Positions 1 through 13,247 of a stretch of 64,000 nt of DNA are shown piece after piece. The first letter of the stretch is position 1. Each line of letters opens with the position of its first letter. Source of the DNA: Macrostomum lignano (Eukaryota); assembly GCA_002269645.1 (NCBI GenBank), contig NIVC01000227.1, positions 248,001 to 312,000 on the forward strand, in the 5' to 3' direction. The translations under genes were made by a program, and so were the position numbers. The notes beneath the pieces were generated by a model. It worked only from the letters and a program-made list of their open reading frames with translations. It did not search any database and was not told the DNA's origin.

Positions 1-3000
1 TTGGCGTCCTTCACCCACAGACGGACCTCCAAGTCGGGGTGGCTGCCTGCCTGTAAACCAAAAGTTCACCATCAGCAACATTATAGGATAAGTATGGATC
101 AGGGTGCATGAAAAACAATGCAAACACTGAGAGTTTCCCTGCGACATAAATGATAAATGGAGTGAAAGGAACAAGAACAACAAATTTTAAATGGGAGGAT
201 AGAAGTAAAAGCGAGAATGAGAATGGAAGTAAAATGAGAGCTAGGTATTTTGAAAGTAAAACTGAAGCTGAGTGAGAGAGAGAGAGAGAGAGGGAGCGTT
301 AGTAGAGAGTGAGCTGGTGACAGTGAGGGTAAGAGTGAGAGTGAGAGAGTGAGGTTGAGATACTCTCTGAGAGTAAGAGGGACGTGGGTGAGGTCTCAAG
401 AGTGAAGTGAGGGTGAGAGTGGGAATGAGAGTAGGATTGAGGGTGAGAATGAGAAAGGTTGAGGGGGACATTGACAATGAAAGCAAGCGTGAGAATGAGA
501 GTGAGAATGACGGCGAGATTGGTGAGAACGAACTGGTGGAGAATAGAGAATAAGAGGTAGTTCTATTCCTCAAAATGAATTTGATCGAGAAGCAGATTTC
601 TGAAGCCCAGCAAATCCAGTCAACAAGCAGCAGCGACGTACCCAGACAAATTGTTTGGTGACTCCGTTGCCGCTGAGAGGCACAGTGTGGGACCGCCATT
701 TCAGCAAACTATTCTCCGCAATCAGATTATTCGAGTGCACCGACTTGAAAGTGGCGGCTTCTGTAGAAATGTGGCGATTTAAATTTGTGATGGCTAGCGA
801 TAAATATACTTTTTATTCAGACTCTAAGAGTACCTTTTAACTGAGAAATAAGTTAGACTAATTTATCTAACTAAACTATTACATGTAATTAAATTATTAT
901 CTAGAAACACAGGGAGGGACAAAGCACAAGCTCATTAATCTGGAGCAAACCTTTGTCACTCAGTCGGCCATAAAAGCGTCAAAATAAAATTAAATGTACA
1001 TTGGCCCAGACAAACTCCCAGACCCTCCGCTACGCTCCAAGTCATTCAATAAGCCACGAAAGGGTTTGAAATAAATTTAAATGTACATTGGCCCAGACAA
1101 ACTCCCAGACCCTCCGCTACGCTCCAAGTCATTCAATAAGCCACGAAAGGGTTTGAAATAAATTTAAATGTACATTGGCCCAGACAAACTCCCAGACCCT
1201 CCGCTACGCTCCAAGTCATTCAATAAGCCACGAAAGGGTTTGAAATAAATTTAAATGTACATTGGCCCAGACAAACTCCCAGACCCTCCGCTACGCCCCA
1301 AGTCATTCAATAAGCCACGAAAGGGTTTGAAATAAATTTAAATGTACATTGGCCCAGACAAACTCCCAGACCCTCCGCTACGCTCCAAGTCATTCAATAA
1401 GCCACAAAAAGGTTTGAAATAAATTCAAATGTACATTGGGCAAGACAAACTCCCAGACCCTCCGCTACGTCCCTAATTATTCAATAAGCCACAAAACGAT
1501 TCGAAATAAAATTAAAAGTACATTGACCCAGGCCTGGCTATATCCGGACCATCTTTACAACCTACGTGAACGTGAATACTCAGCCACGATTCAGTCAATC
1601 TAATAAAGTGCATTTGAAAGAAATTAAGCTTTAAGTCAAGTGTTTTTCTCTCGATTTTCAGCTTTCCTCCTGTCAGTCTAACTCTAATCAAAACGCAATA
1701 ACTTAAAAGTAACATATCTGTTTCATTAGCAAAAGCCTAAATGACTACTTATGATCTAAACAATGGTTGAACAACAGCACCCCAGATCAACAACTCTTTC
1801 CCATCACAACAAATATTAGACATTGGAAGTCCTCTATCCCTAGCTCTACATCTGCAAAAAGCGGGCTATTTTGCATTGTTTTAAACAACCAAATATACTT
1901 ACCCGCTTCTGAAACTGGCTTAAAGTCTTCATCTTTCAAACGATTGTCTTCTTTGCTTAGTGGACGAACTGCGTCTGTAAAAGATTAATATGAAAAATTA
2001 AATTTCTTCACACTTTGTTATAACTCGTTACATACAGAGAGTCGTTGAGACGGAAGTATAATTAATTGACTATTGTACTTATTTTTTATTAAACAGCGCG
2101 AGCAATTTGTTAAGCTTTACTGAACCGATTCGAATGTGAGAAGAGCTGTCCATGAGCCCACTTGCAAAATTTTTTTTTTAAAAATCACTTTTTTAATAAT
2201 TTTTTTTTCAAGTCTCAAATCTAAATATCTTTTTAAGCAACAATATTTGCGTGTGGAAGAAGCCTCTCTTCAAATCCTTCATCGCGACGGCAAACCAACA
2301 GTGACAAAAACACGCTGGATCAAGGTCGCAGAGCGGCGCCACAAGGTCATTATTAACGAATACTCACGAACGCACTGCGGCTTCCGTGGCTTCCCAAGAA
2401 GCGGCGCATTCACTCCTTGACTTGCATCGTAGAAGCCAGGCGGGCAGCTCGGTGTTGACTCATCTCGACAATGCAGCATTCGCAGTTGAAGCAGCAATAA
2501 CAGCAACAGCATTAGCCGTTGGAAAGCAGCCGTGCATTGCTGTTCATTTGGCAGCATAGAGGTGGTCAGGCTGAACTGGCACCGCCTCTAGCGTCCCTTT
2601 TTGGAGACAAACTTCAGGGACAGCGAGGGAGCAAGAGGTGGATCTTTGCAGCCTCAGTCCTAAGCAAAAAACGGCAAGGTGCAGATCTTCCGCAAGCCTC
2701 AAGCTGTGAGCCGGCACCGTGTTGATGCTTCCTGCAGGCAATCGCAATTCGTTCCAGCTTTCTGCGCCTTAAAACGCCTCTTTTCTGCACCTTTTTCTCT
2801 TCGGCACTTCGTCTCTCTCTCTCCCTCCTCGCTGCCGCTCTTCTTTTGTTTTGTCTTTCGCTTTGCCCGTCTTGTCACGTCGTCGCCGGGTTCTTATTTC
2901 CAGCTGTGTTTCTGCTTCTGGCAGAGGTCTCTGCTCTTGGGCCTAAGCAGCCAATCGGCGCTGGCTGCATGGGGGGGGGTCGCCCACCCGATCTTGAAGT

Positions 3001-6000
3001 GGCCTTCCAACCGTTTTTTTTTGCTTATGCTTTTTGGCTGTCTTTTTATATTTTCTTTATTTAATTCTCATCTGCGCTATGTTATGAATTTGAGTAGGGG
3101 AGGCGGGCGCACATGCAGGTACTCGTGACGAGCAGCGAATCTTCCAACTGGAAGTGGCAATGCTTGTTTTAGAACACATGCCCAATAAGTCGATTATTTT
3201 AGAGTGACTGACAACTGGAATATTATCCATCAGCTGAATACACCTGCATGTTAGTCTACTTATCAATTTGCTATAAAAGCGCTCGCAATCAAATGGCCAA
3301 TATGCAGCAGCGGTCAGTTACTTGTATTTTCTCACACATTTTCTGTGCATTCCATTGTTCACTTGGATAAAAGCTCGAATTCAAACCGTTGGCTCAAGTG
3401 CCGATGAAGTGGCCGCGGCGGTGTGGGAATTATTATTTCATTCTTTGCTTACTTTTTTACATTGGCAAGAATAAAAGGTGAGCATTCCACAGACGCTTAG
3501 TGGTGAGACGTGGACTGTAGGGGTTCAAAATGCTACTGTACACTTCTTATCCATATTTACTTTCAGCTTTTTGATAGACAACGGAACAGGAGATCCGTTC
3601 GACTTTCAGTGGTAAAGAGTTCAGTAGAGCCATCGAGAGGAGCTCAGAAAGGCCAATTTTCCTGAGTTGTTGAACAAGTCATTAATCCCAATCCTGAGTG
3701 GCCTCGGCAATTCTTAAGTCTGCAGCGGCAATTTTTGTACGGATGCACGCATTTTTTGTTCCCGTCTTCTGATCTCTTTCTTCTTGAGCCTTGGCAACTG
3801 CAGGCTGTCATGAGATTCCTGTTGCTTAAACTTGCCTCTGACCAACTCTTTGCGGGAAACGGAGTTGAGAGGAGAACATTGTGGGGAAATATAGAAGCAT
3901 TTAGCAACCGATATCAGGGGTGGCTTAGAGGCGGACTCGATTGAGGCGTTGCCTCCGCACGAGCCCAGCTCAATGCTGAGGGTGTTAGATTCAGACAGAA
4001 AACACCCACTCGAGTCTTTGTGAACAGTGAATTGCTTTTTCCCCTTAAAAACAAGAAGCTGTCGGCTGCCACTTTAATCCGGAACTGCATTGACTGCAGA
4101 GCTGCAGAGTGCTGGAGATTGGGGCGTGCCCTGAGCTGTCACTCGAGAGCTTAATATATTTATAACCTCTGGGCAGAAATACGGTACGGATTTTTTCAGC
4201 GAATCATTTTAATCGAGGAAACATTGTGAGATCCTTCTGTCAGACATTTCAATAAATAATTAAGCTAAGGCATACGAAAGGTAGGTAAGCCGCCGTCTTT
4301 TATCAGTTCTCGGCTCTCTACCCTTTTCTCCTCTCCTCTCTTATCTTCCCTCTCCACTCTCCCCTCCTCTCTCCCCCTCTCTATCTCTTCTCTACATATT
4401 CATTATAGAGTCATACTCTAGCTTCTAAATCTGGCCTTCAAGTTTAAAAGGTTTGCTGACCCCTGCTATAAAAGGGACGACAGCGAGTCGTTATAAGCAC
4501 TTGGAGCAGAAGACAGCTTAACTTCTAGACCGCGATATGGTTGAGTTATGCAATGGGTTAGCTGCTGTGATGTAAGTACTCAACGACAATCAAGTACTCA
4601 ACGACTCACCCTGGCAAACGATATCCCGATGAGGCGTGCACTCGGCAACCAGAAATTGGCCTGACGGACATTCTCGGCTGCACTCTGAAAGCAGATAACA
4701 ACAATTACTTTCCCAGAACATGTACTCGTTGACAAAAAAGTCCAATTTTATAAAATCGTAATCTTTTAGGGAAGGTCAAAATCAGTGCTGTTTTACAAAT
4801 ACAATTTCAAACAAAACAAAGAAGCTTCAATTTCTCACCTCTGCACACTTTCCCGTTGCCATAGTAACCAGGCCGACAGAGGCACCGGTAGAATCCCACC
4901 GTGTTGGTGCACACGGCCAGCTCTGAGCAGGAATTGCGGCTCGCCGAGCACTCATCTATGTCTGTGGCATGATTTTAGCGCCGGAAGTTTATTTATTTAG
5001 GTTTGGATGGGCTTCATCAGCTTTCTTAGACATCTGCAATAATTATCCTCTCCTGTCCATCCCTTATTTTGCTTCGCGCCTCAACCTGCTCCCCCCTCCC
5101 CACGTCATATCTATCCTCATCCTTCTCTCATCACACCTCTCCTCACCCCCTCTCTCCTCACCCCCTCTCTCCTCACCCCCTCTCTCCTCACCCACTCTCT
5201 TCACTCCCTCTTTCCTCACCCCCTCTCCTCAACCCCTCACTCCTCACCCCCTCTCCTCACCCCCTCTCTCCCCACCCCTTCTCTCCTCACCCTCTCTCCC
5301 CTCACCCCCTCTCTTCACCCCTCTCTCCCCACCCCTTCTCTCCTCACCCTCTCTCCCCTCACCCCCTCTCTTCACCCCCTCTCTCCTCACCCCCTCTCCC
5401 CTCATCCCCTCTATCCTCACTCCCTCTCTCCCCACCCCTTCTCTCCTCACCCTCTCTCCCCTCACCTCCTCTCCCCTCACCCCCTCACTCCTCACCCCTC
5501 ACTCCTCACCCACTCTCTTGACCCCCTCTTTCCATACCCCCTCTCCTCACCCCCTCACTCCTCACCCACTCTCTTCACCCCCTCACTCCTCACCCCCTCT
5601 CCTCACCACTCACTCCTCACCCCCTCTCCTCACTCCCTCTCTCCCCACCCCTTCTCTCCTCACCCTTCTCTCTTCTCCTCTCCTCTCTCCTCACCCTCTC
5701 CCTCACCAACGCAGGAGCCGCTGGGAGCGTAGAACTCAAATCCCCGGATGCACAGGCATCGATCGCTTGATCCGCCCGCTCTGCCCACCTCCTTAGTTGT
5801 CGGTCGACAGCCCAGACGGCCCTGGCCCTTGGCCACCTGGCACTCGGCGGCATCGAGACAGGCGTCGTCAAGCTGGGATGCGGCCACCGCATGGGCGAAG
5901 TCGCTTGGAAGATCTGGGGCATCTGTGCTCAAGCGGATGAGGTGCCAGGGACTGGTTTTGAGTTTATTGCACTCGAAATAATTTTCAGTTAACACACTTC

Positions 6001-6988
6001 CAGATGTCGTACACACTCCTGCTGAGTGTCACTCTCAGATCTCACACTCTCAGATCCCACACTCTCAGATCCCCCATTCCCTAACCCCACACTCTCAAAT
6101 CCCACACTCTCAGATCCCACACTCTCAGATCCCACACTCCCAGATCCCACACTTCCAGATCCCCCATTCCCTAACCCCACACACTCAAATCCCACACTCT
6201 CAAATCCCACACTCTCAGATCCCACACTCCCAGATCCCCTATTCCCTAACCCCACACACTCAAACCCCACACTCTCAGATCCCACACTCCCAGATCCCCC
6301 ATTCCCTAACCCCACACACTCAGATCCCACACTCTCAGATCCCACACTCCCAGATCCCACAGTCCGTGATCCCACACTCTCATATCCCACAGTCCGTGAT
6401 CCCACACTCTCATATCCCACAGTCCGTGATCCCACACTCTCATATCCCACAGTCCGTGATCCCACATTCCCACCTCCCCTATTCTCTCACCAAAAACTCG
6501 AACTGGGGTTGCCCAAGTCCCGTCTGCAGTCCAATCATCCAGATTCACTGAGGACTGCGGATCCTGCACGAACACCTCTAGAGAGTCTGGGAACAATTGT
6601 TGATGGAGAATTTTTTCAACTGTTAATGTTTTGCGTAAATTCTTAAATAATTTGTCAAACGGTAAAAGTAAAATGAACTCTGACCGAGTTTCAAACTTGT
6701 AGGAAGTTTGATCAAAACGGCGGCAGCCTTGGCCAGCGACATGCTGCTGGCCGTTGGTCTGTAGCAGTCTAGAAAGCTGCCCGATACTCCGAGACCGCTG
6801 CTGGCGCCCCCGCCTCCACCTGCCGCTGCCACGGCCACTCCGCCGAAGCAACAACAGCAGCAGCAGACGATGGCGATGGTCAGGGACAGTGGAATCGACG
6901 GAGACCCGATTCCACTGCCACCACCACCGCCGCCTCTGCCGCTAACTGCTCCGCCGGAGTCATAATCATCGTTTTGCGCCGATGTGGC
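1..6988 (-). CDS. Multi-exon Cys-rich extracellular/membrane protein (hydrophobic leader, EB-like module, cbEGF, TNFR-like CRD); 3'-partial
   Basis: Phase-consistent GT-AG exons: 6988-6685 (..SIPLSLTIAIVCCCCCCFGGVAVAA..KLPTSLKL), 6586-6491, 6018-5707 (DACLDAAECQ..CLCIRGFEFYAPSGSCV), 4961-4839 (DIDECSASRNSCSELAVCTNTVGFYRCLCRPGYYGNGKVCR, a canonical cbEGF), 4684-4610 (ECSRECPSGQFLVAECTPHRDIVCQ, TNFR-like), 760-642 and 50-1. Exons between about 4100 and 1500 were not resolved. Confidence 0.7.
241..570. repeat. AG-rich low-complexity tract (GAGAGT-like), intronic
   Basis: Degenerate GAGT/GAGA runs read directly from the sequence. Confidence 0.8.
985..1530. repeat. 87-bp tandem repeat, about 6 copies
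   Basis: ATGTACATTGG recurs at 994, 1081, 1168 and onward (period 87) with no spacers. Confidence 0.95.
4300..4465 (-). mobile_element. Partial copy of a hAT-like MITE family (CAGGGGTC.GCAAAC end, AG-rich core)
   Basis: The reverse complement reads cagggGTCAGCAAACcttttaaacttgaaggccagat, matching the ends at 15041, 34550 and 43782. Confidence 0.5.
5080..5700. repeat. CT-rich minisatellite (CTCCTCACCCC-like), intronic
   Basis: Direct reading; lies between the exons ending at 5707 and starting at 4961. Confidence 0.9.
6030..6480. repeat. About 15-bp minisatellite (CTCAGATCCCACACT), intronic
   Basis: Direct reading; fills the intron 6490-6019. Confidence 0.9.
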
Positions 6989-7134
6989 CTAAAATATTTG
7001 GATATTAAATTCTCAAGGTTAAATATTGTTAACACCATAATTTACAGAACGATCAGTTGAAGTTATTTCAGTAAACACTTTTTCAACTAATCGGAGAGAA
7101 AATTAGTGACGTGAAAAGACGCCCCGTACCTCTT

Positions 7135-7791
7135 AACTAGCCCGAGAAAAAGTACACACTCTCAGACAATAAATACGCGCTCTCAACTAGCCCGAGAGAA
7201 AGTACACACTCTCAGACAATAAACACGCGCTCTCAACTAGCCCGAGAGAAAGTACACACTCTCAGACAATAAACACGCGCTCTCAACTAGCCCGAGAGAA
7301 AGTACACACTCTCAGACAATAAACACGCGCTCTCAACTAGCCCGAGAGAAAGTACACACTCTCAGACAATAAACACGCGCTCTCAACTAGCCCGAGAGAA
7401 AGTACACACTCTCAGACAATAAACACGCGCTCTCAACTAGCCCGAGAGAAAGTACACACTCTCAGACAATAAACACGCGCTCTCAACTAGCCCGAGAGAA
7501 AGTACACACTCTCAGACAATAAACACGCGCTCTCAACTAGCCCGAGAGAAAGTACACACTCTCAGACAATAAACACGCGCTCTCAACTAGCCCGAGAGAA
7601 AGTACACACTCTCAGACAATAAACACGCGCTCTCAACTAGCCCGAGAGAAAGTACACACTCTCAGACAATAAACACGCGCTCTCAACTAGCCGAGAGAAA
7701 GTACACACTCTCAGACAATAAACACGCGCTCTCAACTAGCCCGAGAGAAAGTACACACTCTCAGACAATAAATACGCGCTCTCAACTAGCC
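7135..7791. repeat. 50-bp tandem repeat, about 13 copies
   Basis: Unit AACTAGCCCGAGAGAAAGTACACACTCTCAGACAATAAACACGCGCTCTC, with near-identical copies. Confidence 0.95.
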
Positions 7792-8529
7792 GGTAAAGTA
7801 ACACGGAAGTATCAGCCCAAATGCTTATTTACGTGCCGTAATCTTCTATCAGTTACAGTGCAACTTTAGTGTGTAAAATAAAACAGGTAAAAACAAGTCA
7901 AGGTGGCAAAAACCAGACATACAAAAGCTCGTAGATATACCTAAAAACATAGTTAAGAAATCCGTTACAGTGGCTGCTTGATTGATTTACTTTCAAGTTA
8001 GTGCGACCAGCGCGTTAAGCGATGTCTTCCTTAGTTCCGCTTTTGAGTTCTCTCGATTTGCTGTCAATCCTCTCTGAGTTGGCCTGCAATAAATCAACAA
8101 ACGAGTTACCAGGTGTTAAACAATCGGGCTATCTGCTGCATGGTCACTGACCAGAAAGGATTTGTTATTGTACGTTAATCTTGGTTGTCGAATAATATTA
8201 ATCACACTTTAATCTAAACTAAGTTATTATATTTTAAAAATGGCGCCAATTTTCGCGCCGCAAACACAACAAAAGCAGATCTAAGTGCGAAACAGTGTTC
8301 GAACTCCAGACCTCAATAGGAGACGGATATTCCATTGTCTCTTCGTAAGATGTATTGCTTAATGATGAGTCAGGCGCCATGAAGGCCGACAGAGTCAGTT
8401 CGTTCAGCTCGGTCATTTCGGGCTGTTTTTTGGATTGTTAACGAGTTGAGAGGTTGTGGGTACATTGTAACTGTGAGACTTCACTGAATGTAATCATTGA
8501 CTTCTGCGACAAGTGCCATGTTTTGTGGG

Positions 8530-9260
8530 TGTGGGAGACTGCGGGTGTCTAAGGGAGACTGTATGTGTCTGTCGGAACTGTGGGTGTCTATGAGAGACTG
8601 TAGGTGTCTATGAGAGACTGTAGGTGTCTATTAGAAACTGTAGGTGTCTGTGGGGGGATTGTGGGTGTCTATGAGAGACTGTAGGTGTCTGTGGGGGGAA
8701 TGCTGGTGTCTATGAGAAACTGTAGGTGTCTGTGGGGGGACTGTGGGTGTCTATGAGAGACTGTAGGTGTCTGTGGGGGGACTGTGGGTGTCTATGAGAA
8801 ACTGTAGGTGTCTGTGGGGGGACTGTGGGTGTCTATGATAGACTGTAGGTGTCTGTGGGGGAATGCTGGTGTCTATGAGAGACTGTAGGTGTCTGTGGGG
8901 GAATGCTGGTGTCTATGAGAGACTGTAGGTGTCTGTGGGGGAATGCTGGTGTCTATGATAGACTGTAGGTGTCTATTAGAAACTGTAGGTGTCTGTGGGG
9001 GGCTGTGGGTGTCTATGAGAGACTGTAGGTGTCTGTGGGGGAATGCTGGTGTCTATGATAGACTGTAGGTGTCTATTAGAAACTGTAGGTGTCTGTGGGG
9101 GGGCTGTGGGTGTCTATGAGAGACTGTAGGTATCTGTGGAAGACTGTATATAGGTGTCTGTAGGAACTGTTGGTGTCTGGGGGACTGTAGGTGTCTATGA
9201 GGTGTCTGTCGGGGACTGTGGGTGTCTATGAGAGGCTCTAGGTGTCTGTGGGGGACTGCG
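8530..9260. repeat. About 20-bp degenerate minisatellite (GTGTCTATGAGAGACTGTAG)
   Basis: Direct reading. Confidence 0.9.
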
Positions 9261-9381
9261 GGCCCTTAAGGGACTTTAGATCTCTTTAAAAGGGACAGCA
9301 TGGTGTCTGGGGAAAGCATTGAAGCGGATGGGGCGGGGTTGTCAAAGAGTGAATAAAAAACAGAATTATGGACAGACTCAC

Positions 9382-10616
9382 AGGCAATTCCACCGGAGGC
9401 AGAATGTAATGGCCGCATTGTGACTGTGCTAAAAATCGTATTTTCAAAATCTGTACAGTTGAAATTCCAAATGCTTGACAGTATTAAATGATCTCAATAC
9501 GCACTGTGATAGCAGCTGGCCACGAAGATCACGATGAGGATGGCGGCAGCCACGGCCGCCGCAATCAGGACGGCGACCAATGGGAAAACGGCGGCGTGAG
9601 TCACCGACTTCTCCTGCCAGCCTCTCTGCAACAAGTAATGTTTTGATAGGATCAGCTTTGAATGGTTGAAAAGTTAGAAACTTATGCGACCCTCTCGCCA
9701 AAGTCCCGGGCTTGATTCCATGCGAGTTTACTTTCATTTGTCGTTTGTCCATTGCCACTGTGATTAACTGACAGTCTTAATTAATTATCATTAATAACTA
9801 TTAATGATAATGGTTAACTCAAAGTTTAATATATTAGAAACGATATAATATGAGCTGCTTTTAAATTGGAAAGATTTACATATTTGTTTTAGTTACTATA
9901 AATATAGTTTTATAAAATTAACACAATTTTTGCGACTTACAACAAATATAGTCAAGATTCCAGCAGCCTCTCTGTACTGAACAGTATCATCTATTGCCTG
10001 CTGAGTTCTTTGGCCAGTGGGCGATGTAAGAAGCTCAGCAAATCCTTGGGAGATGTTTCTGGACCTCACAATGCTGAGATGTTGCTGTAAAATAGGAAAA
10101 GCATAGCTTGGTTTGTTTTATTTTAGTTTATTTCAGAATGTTTTCACTAAATTGCATAATGGAATGGAGGAAAGTTTTATTTTTCATTTTACCATTTTTA
10201 AATGAAAAGATATAAATTTTCATAAAGGCAATAAAACTATATAATGTTTCAAAGATGTAACCAGAAAGCAAAGATCAGATGATTAAGAAGTTCTAGAACT
10301 GCTAACACTGAGTGAAATTTGAAATTTCGGCTTATAAATCTGAGTCTGGTGCGTTAGCCATTTGGAATTACATTCTAAAATTAACAGAAACAACGAATCA
10401 ACTACTTACTTTTCCAATCAGGATAATTTTAACCTTTCGGAATTCATTAGGAAAATAAACCCTTGGATATGTTAAATTGTGAATGTTTGTTTCATAGCAC
10501 TGCTTTTTGGGGTACTCAAACTCTAGCGAAGTGTCAGAAAACTCAACTGAATAAGTTGCAGGCTCAGCATTTGATAAAGTTTGCGTTAATATAAGGGCCA
10601 AAAACAGTACTTGCAT
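9382..10616 (-). CDS. Small type I membrane protein of unknown family (signal peptide, about 110-aa ectodomain, one TM); C-terminal exons unresolved
   Basis: Exons 10616-10410 (MQVLFLALILTQTLSNA-EP..), 10084-9941, 9625-9505 (TM: AAVFPLVAVLIAAAVAAAILIVIFVASCYH) and 9423-9382 join in frame (phases 0,0,1) with GTAAGT/GTGCGT/GTGAGT donors. Confidence 0.55.
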
Positions 10617-13247
10617 CAGTTCGTATCTAGTTACTGATGAAAGCAAATAGGTATTATTTTCTCTATGCCTTATCAGCATTACTGGTGTTTTCGGAACTCC
10701 ACATAGCATTAAAATGAGTAAAAAAATTGGGAAGAAGTCTGGTAAAAATCAGCTGGAAAATTGAGCAAACATGTGCGTATCGAAAAAAAATTTACACTAG
10801 CTACTACTACTTTAACTGTTTAAGATATTTTACTGATAGCGTAGATATTTAAATTTGTTTTTATGTAACTCAACTGTAGAAAAAAATAAAAATTATGCAG
10901 TTTTGACGTTGTACGAGAAAATTTGTCAAAGGACTTGTTATAACTTTGTCGTGAATTTGTGTTGATGTTTTTACAAGAAACCTGTGAACTTGTAAAAATT
11001 TTTGACGACAACGCAGACTAGACTAGCAGCTACCCCCCGTAGGCTATATACTGTAAATATACATACTGTGCTATGTAGGGGCCTAGTTTATGTAATAAGT
11101 TTTGAGGTAAAATTAAATTTAGTAGCTAATGCAGTTTACTGTCACTTTAGGCCTACTTTTATATTTTATATTCTTAACCAACTTCCATGTCTAATTTTTT
11201 CGATATTTCTTTGATGGCAAAGCAAGCCAGAATCATCTAATAACCTAGGGCCTAGTCTTCTAGTCCCAATTGATCTGCTAGGCCTATTAGTCTGTCTTTG
11301 TCTAAGTCTACTATTTTATTAAGTAGACAAAAAGGAAAATAGATTAAGATGGCAGTCTGGCAGATGCCATTGTTATGTAAAAGTAAAAGAAGTAGGGACC
11401 TAACTTATTTATTTGAAACTTAAAGCTAATTAGCTACTACTACTAATAAAATGCAAATAGAAAAGTTTCAGTAGCACTAGGCCTAGGCCTAGACCGCCTA
11501 GTAGTAGGCCTAGACCTAGTAGAACTTGGCCCCCTAGCAGATGGGGCATTCTTTTATTTTACAATCCCCATTCCTAGGCACTTTTGTTATACAATCCACA
11601 TGTAAAAGACACAGTGAAAGAATATAGACACCAAAGGACTGGAAATGTATCCATCAAAGAGTCAAAGTCACTATACTAACTAAAGCAGTTTCAAAAGCTG
11701 TCTATTTTGAAGGCAATCAAACAAAGCTGGGACAAGAGTCTTTGCAAGAGTAGTATAACTATAAGAGCCTCCCTATATTCAGTTTTGTTATATGATCATT
11801 TAAATGGAGAAAGTGTATGGAAAAAAGATTGGATAGTGAAACTTAGGCCTTTCATCAATTTTGTAATATGATCCCTCAACTACAAGTTGAAAATTTGTTT
11901 GCAGAGGATCGTATATCAAAAGTGAAATTTATGTATTGTATGCTACTAATTGTATATGAAGTAAAGATAGTTCATACAACTTGTTCAATGCCCGCCTGAT
12001 ATCCTTCCCTCACTTTTGTTTTATGATCCCCTTACAGTATGGAGAGCATTGTTTCATGCTATTGAGGATCGTATAATGAAAGTGAGGGGGGGGGGTAAAA
12101 AATAGATGTATGTCATATCATATCATATGATATGTAAATCGTATAGAAGGACCCAGGCGACTTCTTTTTATCGGCCATTGCTAAAATTTTTACAAGGTGT
12201 TTTTTTGCATGTTAGGTACACAATCCCCTCCAAACAAATTTTGCCTTGAGGGATTGTATTACAAAATTGACAAAAAGCCCAAGTTTTGTTATCCGATCCC
12301 TTTCCATACATTTCTTCCATTTAAATGATCGTATAACAAGCGAGCTACACTACCCGATCGTATAACAAAAGTGAATATAGGGACGTTACTACCATTGCCA
12401 AGAAAATTCATGGCTTACGATTAATTAGGGTTATCGTTGCAGCACCAATTCAAACTTGAAAAACATATTGCAAAACTAACTGGAATATACTCCACTGATA
12501 TGTAAGCAAGACTCCTATCCTTTACATAGGGGATTGTATAACAAAAGTACTATGTTCTATAGGACAAATGCAAAGGGATCGTAAAATGAAAGAATGCTGC
12601 AAATAGTTATAAAATATTATAAGATTAGTTAGAAGATAAAAGATTAGGTCCCCAATGGCTGCTAGGCCACCTAACTTTTGGCTTGGATGGTCCACAGCTC
12701 ATAGCAATGTTGATAGTGCTGGTGCCTGCATGGAAGGCTTATCCTCCCAGTTTTCTCATTTTAATCTGCCATCAGATCTGACTCAGCCTGATCTAAAGCT
12801 GTGCCTAAGCTGATCAGGTTGTCAGCCATGGGCAGTTGCCAAATAAGGTACCAGACCCCTAGCTTAGCCTGTTCTCCCTCTGACTACTATAGACTTCTTA
12901 GCCTATCTGTATAGTAAAGCTGCCTGGGTACCTAGATTATGGGGCACTGGCATTGGCTTGATAATCACTGATTTTAGCCGTAGACTTCTTCTTGTAGGTT
13001 ACCATTGCCTTTGCTAGACCTTAGGCATATACTGCTTCTGCTAGACCTTAGGCATATTCCATCTCTAGTATATTAGTTGATAAACTAAATTGTTCTAGCA
13101 AATTGTCAAAATCTGCAAAAATATATATTTTGTCTATAATGGCTCTAGCTAATTGTAATTTTTTTCTGATTTGGTTTCTAGCTCTGAATTCCACTCTGAC
13201 TTCCTCTTAGCTCAAGTGTTTTATCTATATGTTTTTTCCCTTTTGAG

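Noticed and set aside
4969-6646. Long Pro/Ser/Leu or DPTLS-repeat ORFs
   Set aside because: They are translations of intronic minisatellites lying between well-defined exons on the opposite strand.
985-7791. 87-bp and 50-bp arrays as CRISPR arrays
   Set aside because: The units are head-to-tail with no unique spacers, there are no cas genes, and the context is eukaryotic and intronic.
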